Positions 55,414 to 64,000 of a stretch of 64,000 nucleotides of DNA are shown here, one piece after another. Position 1 is the stretch's first letter. Each line of letters opens with the position of its first letter. The DNA is from Macrostomum lignano (Eukaryota). The position numbers and the translations under genes are program-made. Under the pieces are notes generated by a model. The model saw only the letters and a list, made by a program, of their open reading frames with translations. It was not told where the DNA came from and did not search any database. The stretch spans positions 353,783 through 417,782 of the forward strand of contig NIVC01000891.1 of the NCBI GenBank assembly GCA_002269645.1, written 5' to 3'.

Positions 55414-57487
55414 GCTGCAGCTCTTTCACCTCTTTCGGTTTGGGCCAGCTTTTGATCGCTTCGATCTTTGCTTCGTCAGTTCGAATACCATCTCTACCTA
55501 TCACGTGGCCTAAATATTTTAGCTCTCTATGGAACAAATTGCACTTTTTCGCTCTAAGCTTTAATCCGGCATTGATTAGTCTCTGGAAAACTTCTTTCAA
55601 ATGAGACAAATGGTCTTCGAACTGCTTTGAATAAGTGACAATATCGTCAATGTAGGACATAGCAAACTTGTGCTGAATTCCAGCAAGTACTAAGTTCATT
55701 AGCCTCTGAAAGGTACCGGGGGCATTGGATAATCCCTGTGCCATCACCTGGTACTCGAACTGTCCTCTAGTCAGGGTGGAGAAAGCTGTCATGAACTTAT
55801 GTTCTTCCTTAATTGGGACCTGCCAATAGCCTGAGTTAAGATCGAGGCTGCTGAAGAATTGGCTTCCTGTGAGATTAGAGAAGGTTTCTTGGATGTTTGG
55901 GAGAGGGTAGGGGAAATAGTTCACTCGCGAGTTTAACACTCGGAAATCGCTGACAATGCGAATGGTGCCATCTTTCTTTGGCACGATGACTAGTGGGGTG
56001 GAATAGGTGGAATAGCAGGGACGGATGAGATTTTTCGCTAGCATATCGTCTAGCTGGGCGTCAACCTGCTTTTGGAGATGGGGAGGAATTCGGCGGGTAG
56101 GGATTCTCACAGGGGTCTCGTCTTTCAAAGAAATTTCGTGGGTCACTAAATGAGTTAGCCCCATATCGAGGTCATTTTGAGAGAAAGCTTCTCGGTGTTC
56201 TTTTACTAATGCTACTACTGCTGCTCTCTGTTCAGTAGTCAATTCAGGACCAATGCTAATTTCACTCACCCACTCTTCTTCAGTGGCTTGAACTTGATTG
56301 ACACGGGCTGAGTCTTGTACTTCTGCTGCTGCTTGCTGATCTGATGTCGGCGGCGGCAAATAGAGCAGATCCTTGGCCTTCACGGGCTTAGCGAGCCCTA
56401 CCAGTGCAGATTTGGGCAACTTGACTTCAACGGGGTGCCGATTCACAATTTCGACGACTGCGGTGCCCTGCTGCATGGTGACCAGAGTCGGGATCATTTC
56501 GATCGTTAGCTCTTTGGCTCTTACGCCATCTCCAATCGTTTCTATGGTCATTGGGGCGCCATAGTTAGCTTCGGCATTTTTCGCCATTCTTACTGGAATG
56601 CGCAGTGCGCTGTTCGCAGGGATAGTTGCCTTTTCTTGAGTGTACACTCTGCAGACTCGTACAGGCATGTGCGTGTACTGCATAGGTATACAGGCTCCTT
56701 CTTTCAGGATCAGCATCCCTTTTGTCAAGTGAATGCTTTCGCACTGCTCAAGAAAGAACTCCATTCCCAAAATGTTGTCACATTCGTGGCCACACAATAG
56801 GAATGTTATTTCAATTCGAATGTCTCCAAACTCAACAGCAACGGAAATTTCTCCTTCTAGCTGTACTGTGGCTCCGTCAAAAGTAGATACTCTTCTACTT
56901 GTACTTTTAATTTGCTCAGGCTTGAAAATTTTAGACCAGACTGACTTACTCAGGAAATTATTGCTAGCTCCAGTATCTAGCAGGAAGTCAATCTCTTGGC
57001 GATTGATGTTGCCTACTACGATTGCTTCGTAGCTCTTGGGGCTGATTAGCTCGAGTTTGGCATTGGCTGGAGTCTTCTTGGATTTGCGGCGGCGGTTTCG
57101 ACGCGACTTCTTGGGCTTGACTGTCATCGGCGTGATGACTGAGGTCTCGGCGGCTGACACATTGGGCGAAGTAAGCAATTGGGATGCTGCGGCGGCAGAT
57201 GCGGGTGCTGCAGCAGCGGGTGCTGATACTGTAGACATAGATGATGCAGGCATAGTAGACGCAGTTGGTGCAGACATAGTGGACGCAGTTGGTGCATTTC
57301 GCATAGATACAGGGTGCATTTTCGCATTGGGTGCATAAGCATTTCGCTTGCGCCTTTTTACAAGTTGCCATCCTCCGTTTGCTGTATCACAAGCGGGTTG
57401 GCGGGGATTTTGGGAGGCCTGCATTTCGCTTGGGGCTCTGCTTGAGGGACGTGGCCTCGACTTCCGACCCTCGCCATTCAGTTTCCC
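55397..57487 (-). CDS. pol: Pol part 1: linker, aspartic protease and reverse transcriptase, entered by -1 frameshift
   Basis: LLDTGAS, YSTPLVIVPKKDG, SDFRVLN, LDLNSGYWQ, QGLSNAPGTFQ and YIDD motifs. The frame breaks at ~55415 (LQ|SFLGLCNYY). Confidence 0.93.
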   Translation of the reverse strand, partial: GKLNGEGRKSRPRPSSRAPSEMQASQNPRQPACDTANGGWQLVKRRKRNAYAPNAKMHPVSMRNAPTASTMSAPTASTMPASSMSTVSAPAAAAPASAAAASQLLTSPNVSAAETSVITPMTVKPKKSRRNRRRKSKKTPANAKLELISPKSYEAIVVGNINRQEIDFLLDTGASNNFLSKSVWSKIFKPEQIKSTSRRVSTFDGATVQLEGEISVAVEFGDIRIEITFLLCGHECDNILGMEFFLEQCESIHLTKGMLILKEGACIPMQYTHMPVRVCRVYTQEKATIPANSALRIPVRMAKNAEANYGAPMTIETIGDGVRAKELTIEMIPTLVTMQQGTAVVEIVNRHPVEVKLPKSALVGLAKPVKAKDLLYLPPPTSDQQAAAEVQDSARVNQVQATEEEWVSEISIGPELTTEQRAAVVALVKEHREAFSQNDLDMGLTHLVTHEISLKDETPVRIPTRRIPPHLQKQVDAQLDDMLAKNLIRPCYSTYSTPLVIVPKKDGTIRIVSDFRVLNSRVNYFPYPLPNIQETFSNLTGSQFFSSLDLNSGYWQVPIKEEHKFMTAFSTLTRGQFEYQVMAQGLSNAPGTFQRLMNLVLAGIQHKFAMSYIDDIVTYSKQFEDHLSHLKEVFQRLINAGLKLRAKKCNLFHRELKYLGHVIGRDGIRTDEAKIEAIKSWPKPKEVKELQLSRTV

Positions 57488-58443
57488 TGATTCGGGTTTC
57501 TTGGCGGAAATCGGTGCTGGTTGGGTCTAGCCGATGGTGGCTGAGACTGCGCTTGGAACCTGGGGCGCTGGTTCATTAGCGGGGGTGGCTGTGGCTGATA
57601 CGCCCTGGGCTGATATCGCACAGGCTGGGGCTGAGGAGCCATTTGCTGATAACGTACAGGCTGAGGCTGTACTACAGCAGGCTGATAGTGCATTGGCTGA
57701 GTAGCCATTGGCTGATACGCCTGCACCTTCTCTTTGCGGCTTTCTGCCTGTAGCTCCTGAATGAGTTTTCGCTGCTTTTCCAGCTCCTCTTTCTGCTTCT
57801 TGACAATTTCTGTCAGACTCTCCTTCTCCCCTTCTTCATCTTTCATCACTCTTACTCCGTTCTTGTGAGACATGTGCCAAGCAGCTTCAATGCGCCTCAA
57901 CATGCGCCTAGCTTCCTGCAAGCTAGCTGGCTGCGCAAAAATCAGTTTCTCCCTTGTATCTGAGGGGATTCTGACACCTTTTATGAATTGTTCTACCACC
58001 TCCTCTTCTCGTTGCTCGGCATTCATGTTTGGGAATGCTCGGCTTGACAGCTCTATCAGGGCATCCGCGAACATGTCGGTCGCCTCATTTCTTCCCTGCA
58101 TCCTTCCCCTAAATTCTTCACGGAACTCGGAAGCACTTCCTAGCCTACCAAATCTTTCTACAAGCCTATCCTTGAACTCCTCGTAGGTCAGCTCTTCTGG
58201 CAAATTCAATCGCTGAACTGCAGCGAAAGCAGTGGACAAGTCCAAATTAGCTACTAACTCAGTTTTCCTATTGGCTACGTCTATTCCTTCGGCGTCACAT
58301 CGCTGATCAAAGGCTACCAGCCAGATTCGGATGTCTTGGCTGGGGGTATACTTCTGAATTTTAATATGTCTCATGGGCCCTAGTTCTAATCTATTCCTCA
58401 ACTCTTCTGCTAATAGTCCAATAGCATCGTTGATTGCTGCCAT
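57478..58443 (-). CDS. gag: Gag (321 aa), no CCHC knuckle, ends QGN* at a GGGAAAC slippery site
   Basis: First ORF after the PBS; helical capsid-like region (WLVAFDQRC...FRGRMQGRNEATDMFADAL...QFIKG) and a Q/P-rich tail. Confidence 0.88.
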   Translation of the reverse strand: MAAINDAIGLLAEELRNRLELGPMRHIKIQKYTPSQDIRIWLVAFDQRCDAEGIDVANRKTELVANLDLSTAFAAVQRLNLPEELTYEEFKDRLVERFGRLGSASEFREEFRGRMQGRNEATDMFADALIELSSRAFPNMNAEQREEEVVEQFIKGVRIPSDTREKLIFAQPASLQEARRMLRRIEAAWHMSHKNGVRVMKDEEGEKESLTEIVKKQKEELEKQRKLIQELQAESRKEKVQAYQPMATQPMHYQPAVVQPQPVRYQQMAPQPQPVRYQPRAYQPQPPPLMNQRPRFQAQSQPPSARPNQHRFPPRNPNQGN

Positions 58444-58524
58444 GGCTTCCGAGTCTATAATTTCTCTTTGTCAATTCGACTTTTTCAGCAATATCGGGTC
58501 TTTTCACCGGATCTCGATCCCTTT

Positions 58525-58536
58525 CCGCTGCCACCA
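58525..58536 (-). promoter_or_regulatory. Primer-binding site complementary to the 3' end of tRNA-Leu
   Basis: TGGTGGCAGCGG is the complement of ...CCGCTGCCACCA, the 3' end of metazoan tRNA-Leu(AAG/TAG) as recalled. Confidence 0.85.
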
Positions 58537-58539
58537 AGT

Positions 58540-59295
58540 TGTCGTAGGGCACTTTTATTATTTTCTAAATCCCACCGCTATCGCCAAATTTGTTGCAGGG
58601 ATAATTAACTATTATAAACTATTCCACCGATGTCACCAAGTTGTTGTAGGGGGTTTGGCTATAATTCTAGAATTTCATTATATTAGCTTATTGGATTCGT
58701 TATGAGCTACTAAAATACGGCGTAACTGAGGTAAGACTATGGGCTTTCACGTAAGCACGGATTGCCCTGGTAGCGCGCAGTGCCCGAGCGGCAAGACACT
58801 GTTCAGCTAGGGGGAGAGGGGGAAAGACTAAGTCCTAAAGCAGCGTCCTCCAATGGATCGAGGTTGCCCGGTGAATTTCAATTTCCTCTTACGGATTTGC
58901 TCTTGTCAGGTACGACTTTCTCATTGGTTGTTCAATTCGAATATTACTAATGGGATATATCTCCCTTTTCTATTGGCTCTACGCCTCTGCTCTTTGCAGG
59001 TACGCAATTGGCTCTTAGACTACTCGTCTTTTTCTCTTGGTAATTTCTACCTTCTGTCCAATGAGCATTCGCTCTTAGTTTTCTAGCAAATGAAGGAAGG
59101 CTTGAAACACTTCTTCAATTTTATAGGCAATTCGCCTATGAACCAGAAGGTGTAAAACTTCGGTTGCCTCTCTGGGCACAAAATTCGCTTCTATTTATAC
59201 TAAAATTGGGGTGGGGAACAAGACGCGTTTAAACAAAGTTCTAAAAATATACGTTTCCATAGTAAAGGCGGGAATTTAAAACTTGGCCTCTCTCA
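58540..59295 (-). repeat. 5' LTR (756 bp)
   Basis: Followed on the minus strand, after 3 nt, by the PBS. Confidence 0.95.
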
Positions 59296-59657
59296 AACTC
59301 AACTAATATACTAGTAATTATATAGCTACAAGTATAGCCATATTGTTTAAAAAAATTGAAGTTGATTTGAGAAAATCTAAAAAAAAGCTTCTACTAAAAC
59401 AAAAGATGAAATAATTCAATTAAGAATTTAAAAAATTAAGGATATCAAATTTATTTTTGTAAAAAAAGTTAATCATTATTATATTAAAATAAAGAACAAG
59501 CTAATAATATAACAACTAGCTAATCAGTGGAAACTTTAAGGGAGTGACACAGGACATGTATAGTGTACCTTGTTAGGTTTAATTTTTTAAATGGAAAATG
59601 CATCATAAAATACATGTGCCTTGGTAATCTAAAAAAACAAATAATATAATATGTACC

Positions 59658-59838
59658 CAGTGGCGCAACCAGGGGGGGGCGGTCGCCCCCCCCCCTTAGG
59701 CGGGGGACCGAAAAAAAATCAAAGGGGGGACCAAGCGAATTTTCGCCAAAAACAGAGCCACCCCTCCGCCGCCCCCCTCCCGGGACTTTACCCTCAGAAT
59801 CCGCCCCCCCCCTTGAAAAATTTCTGGTTGCGCTACTG
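59658..59838. mobile_element. hAT-type MITE, 181 bp (duplicate at 63515-63705)
   Basis: TIR CAGTGGCGCAACCAG / CTGGTTGCGCTACTG with a perfect 8-bp TSD TATGTACC. Confidence 0.9.
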
Positions 59839-60460
59839 TATGTACCTTTTGTAATACCTTAGTTCTATATAGGTACAAACTAAAAGCAAATAATAAATTA
59901 TATATAGTTACTTAATGGCCAATGATTCAATAAATTTAAATATCTTACGGTACTATAAATTAAAAACATTTTTTTCAAAGTTTATATAATTTATTATATA
60001 AATTAAAATATCTAACTAATTCAAGAAAAAAGCTTTTCAAATTTGTAATATAATAATGATATTGGCCTTTAAAATGAAAATTATAAATGAATTAATTATG
60101 TTTTTTATAGATACCTAGTAAAAGTGGTACATAGTGGCCTATTTTTGTGATTAAGTCTATTCTTCTCAAATCTTAGGTCTAGTCTAAAATATAGGCCTCG
60201 CTTAAAAACTGATAATACAACTTTCTCAAGCCTAGGTAAAAAAACAATATGAAATTACACATAGGAAATCTATATATTATGAAACTAAAGAATCATTGTC
60301 TAAATTTAATTACTTTTTAGCCTAGATAGATAGCCTAGATAGGTGATGGTCTAGTTCTAGGTGTAGCCAGAAATGGGTATAGCCAGGAATTTCCTATGGT
60401 CTGGGGGATACAAAAGGTGAATTTTCTGTGGGGGATTCACCAAGGTAAAAGTGCTCACAT

Positions 60461-60838
60461 GATGCCGACATGGATGCTATGGACGGGCTTCCAGATAAAG
60501 TGAACAATATTACGCAGGAAGAACAAGCATCTTTGTATTACGTCTGCGGATATATTGCTTTCAAAGATAGCCTTGATTCTCCGTACGATGGGCCAAGCAC
60601 CTACGATAATTCCTGCGAATTCGCATCAATGGTGTCGCGTGGCAGGCTAAAACATCCTCCAGAGTGGTTGCTACTTTTTTCCTTTTTTTGCTACTCGTTT
60701 TTTTGCCACACTAATTCCAGATGCGTCAATAACACAGCCAAAGCATTTGCTACAATCTATGACGCGTTTTTTGATGTGCCAATTGAGACTGCTTTATTGC
60801 AACGCATCTCGAAGAGACTAACGAACATATTTTTTTAA
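60461..60838 (+). pseudogene. 5'-truncated duplicate of the P-transposase C-terminus
   Basis: Matches 47121 onward but has 7 T instead of 6 T at FSFF, which restores CYSFFCH...RLTNIFF. Confidence 0.85.
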
Positions 60839-63800
60839 GGGGCTCGTTAGACGAGACTCAGAGCCTCAGAGAGAAACGAGCTCCACCGCACGTCGGCTGC
60901 GCAAGTTGAATCCTTAACAGATTTTTTGGAGATTTTACAATCATTTTACAATTTGTTTTTTATTTTCCAGTTTGCTGTTTGCTTTTTCAGCCTGAATCCT
61001 TTGCTCATAACGTTGCTCGTTGCTCATAACGCTATAATTTCTATATTCCCTTTTTTGTTTACTATTTTCCCTTCTATCATAGTTTAAAGTTATACATGTA
61101 CGCTTGCATTTTCAGCCCAAAAACCTTCATAAATTTATTTTTGTCTAACTTACATTTTTGTAATACTTCGGGTGTGTCATATTATTAAGTAGCTAATGTC
61201 AATGTCACTACCAGAGCAGATTCACTTGCCATCAGTGGCGCAGCCAGGGGGGGCCCGGGCGCCCCGAAATTTACCCCCCCCCATTCGGAGAAAAAATTCT
61301 AAACCCCCCTCCTCTGGGTGTTAAATGCTCCCCCCCCCCCCCCCGAAATAATGTCTGGCTGCGCCACTGCTCATCACCATCCAGCCAGAAAATCCGAAAC
61401 CACCTTACAGTTAGTTGTGCGACCGTGCATTGTCTATCTGCCACAGAAGCTCGTCCAGGTGAATCGTGAATTGTGGACCTGATTAGAGCGTGCGACTTGT
61501 CGAGATTCATGGTGATTTTTGTTCGCTGCGTAGACGAGTTTTCAACGCGTATGCGTTGCGCTGGCTATAGCTATCGGCTTAACGAATTATTGCCGTAGGT
61601 TGGGCCATAAACATCCAATGCATGTCTCGATTGCACTGGTATCGATTCACTATCACTAAGAAACTTTGCAGCTGCTCTACATGCACGCGAACACCCGACA
61701 CACCCAAAATAATGACACACCCGAAATAACTCACCCGCATTTGATGTAGAGATACATTCTGAAAAAATAATGTTGGTCTTCCACAGAAAATATCGAGCGC
61801 TTGATATTGTCTGGTCTTCCAGTTTTGTCTAAATAAGCTCTTTATTATTGGTGCACATTGTTCTGTAACTGTTTACTGCATTCATTTAAGCAAGTTTTCT
61901 ACAAGCTAAAGTACTTTTGTGCTGCTTGATAATTGCAATGCCAGGACCAAAACTTCAAAGGCATGGTCAAGAGAAAAGGAATCAGAGCGCCACAATACGC
62001 TCACCGAAAAATGTTTGCAGCAATTAGAGCACAATTTGCATAACGTTAATGTATAAGATTCTTAAGATTTCTAGACCTATACTGCTAGAGTTTACTAAAA
62101 CTTTTATAGCACATCGTACCATATCAGATAGTCTAGGATGAAAAATTCCTGATAACTGAGCTAGCTACTAGTTGAGCCGCAATCGATTTCGATAATCGGC
62201 CTCCAAAACTCTCCATCATTTTCAGTGACCTCCAAGTCAAAACTGTTGACTACGCACTCAGTATTTAGCTGTCAGTTTACTGCATACATTTATATACTAT
62301 ACAAAACTGCATTTTATTTACTCAATGTTTCTCTTGTATTTGCCTGTTATGAGCTGAGCATTTTACCAGCCTTTATTACTTATATTTTCGGCATAGCGCA
62401 TCTTTGTGCTGGGTTTCATTTTTGTGCATATGAAAAGAAGTGTTTAAGAAACAATTATATTTTTTATATAATATCAGTATGTATACAGAATATATCTATT
62501 CATTTCTTTTTTAATACTTTTTAATACACATAATATATATTATAATCAGCAAAAATTCCTTGCAAGTAAAATTATGAAAAGTTCACATTGTACAGGAGAG
62601 AAAAAAAGTTTTGTCTGTTAATTTTACTCAAATAAAAGTGAAGTTCTTCACTTTGGGAGTTAATCAATATGAAAGACAATGCCAGCAAAAATGAAAACTG
62701 TACCAATGAGTGTGGAGAGCCAGTGTCAGCCAGCAAGCAGTTGAATAACCGCAGTCACATCTTGAAGCAGTGCACAATAGATCAGCATCAATGCTTGATG
62801 TTGTCTGGTTAGCAGCCAGAGCATAGCCATCTTTTGTATGTTGACAGCCAAACCAATTGCTGCCACAAAAGCAACCAGCCTGCCTAGCTTCCTAGGGACA
62901 AGTGGGCTGGACATAGAACACCTTGCCAGTCATTAGGTTGGACAAATATGAAGCATTGGCCAATACAAAGCATGGTAGATAGGCTTTAGAAGGTAGATAG
63001 AGAGACCAGGAAAGTAGTTCAGGCTTGTTGCTAGTGGCTGAAGAAAGAAATATTAAAAGGTGAACTACTCAGGTTTAATGTAAAAATGGATGCTGGTCAA
63101 AGATATACAAAAGTTATTTAAAATTATATAAGGCATTAAATATATTTGGCAACTCAACTAATATACTAGTAATTATATAGCTACAAGTATAGCCATATTG
63201 TTTAAAAAAATTGAAGTTGATTTGAGAAATCTAAAAAAAAAAGCTTCTACTAAAACAAAAGATGAAATAATTCAATTAAGAATTTAAAAAATTAAGGATA
63301 TCAAATTTATTTTTGTAAAAAAAGTTAATCATTATTATATTAAAATAAAGAACAAGCTAATAATATAACAACTAGCTAATCAGTGGAAACTTTAAGGAGA
63401 GTGACACAGGACATGTATAGTGTACCTTGTTAGGTTTAATTTTTTAAATGGAAAATGCATCATAAAATACATGTGCCTTGGTAATCTAAAAAAACAAATA
63501 ATATAATATGTACCCAGTGGCGCAACCAGGGGGGGGCGGGGGGGGGCGGTCGCCCCCCCCCCTTAGGCGGGGGACCGAAAAAAAATCAAAGGGGGGACCA
63601 AGCGAATTTTCGCCAAAAACAGAGCCACCCCTCCGCCGCCCCCCCTCCGCGGACTTTACCCTCAGAATCCGCCCCCCCCTTGAAAAATTTCTGGTTGCGC
63701 TACTGTATGTACCTTTTGTAATACCTTAGTTCTATATAGGTACAAACTAAAAGCAATAATAAATTATATATAGTTACTTAATGGCCAATGATTCAATAAA

Positions 63801-64000
63801 TTTAAATATCTTACGGTACTAAAATTAAAAACATTTTTTTTCAAAGTTTATATATTTATTATATAAATTAAAATATCTAACTAATTTCAAGAAAAAAGCT
63901 TTCAAATTTGTAATATAATAATGATATTGCCTTTTAAAATGAAATTATAAATGAATTAATTGTGTTTTTTATAGATACCTAGTAAAAGTGGTACATAGTG
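60461..64000. repeat. Copy 2 of the tandem duplication unit, with empty Gypsy target site; runs off the window
   Basis: Starts abruptly inside P-transposase exon 4; reads GGC-AACT-CAACTAAT at 63148-63162. Confidence 0.9.

Larger units (their letters stand above)
49808..59295 (-). mobile_element. Full-length Ty3/Gypsy LTR retrotransposon, 9488 bp, very recent insertion
   Basis: TG...CA LTRs at 49808-50562 and 58540-59295; 4-bp TSD AACT (49804-49807 and 59296-59299); empty site at 63151-63154; domain order PR-RT-RH-IN. Confidence 0.97.
47121..60460. repeat. Copy 1 of a ~3.85-kb tandem duplication unit (47121-49807 plus 59300-60460), interrupted by the Gypsy element
   Basis: 47121-49807 matches 60461-63154, and 59300-60136 matches 63155-64000; most differences seen are homopolymer lengths. 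Confidence 0.9.

Overview
Eukaryotic (animal) genomic DNA with spliced genes in the standard code. GC-rich poly-Gln/poly-Ala exons and minisatellite-filled introns suggest a flatworm such as Macrostomum, but this is inference only. The left half (1-32 kb) holds two minus-strand genes with GT-AG intron phases checked by hand: an otopetrin proton channel (3' end runs off the window) and a MARK/PAR-1 kinase (first exon not found). Most of their introns, and the gap between them, carry a private minisatellite; one is a 4.3 kb purine-rich array. The middle (32-44 kb) has a signal-peptide/acidic-repeat ORF, a decayed Ulp1/C48 protease, several MITEs and a 1.3 kb-arm foldback element. The right part (44-64 kb) has a 4-exon THAP/P-element transposase and a very young 9.5 kb Ty3/Gypsy element (near-identical LTRs, AACT target duplication, tRNA-Leu PBS, GGGAAAC -1 frameshift, extra ORF3). 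The Gypsy sits in one copy of a ~3.85 kb tandem duplication; the other copy keeps the empty site. The most unusual signal is an exact 51-bp-period triple of [LTR end + tRNA-Leu PBS] with divergent spacers inside both LTRs. Several frameshifts fall in homopolymers and may be sequencing errors. No database searches were run.
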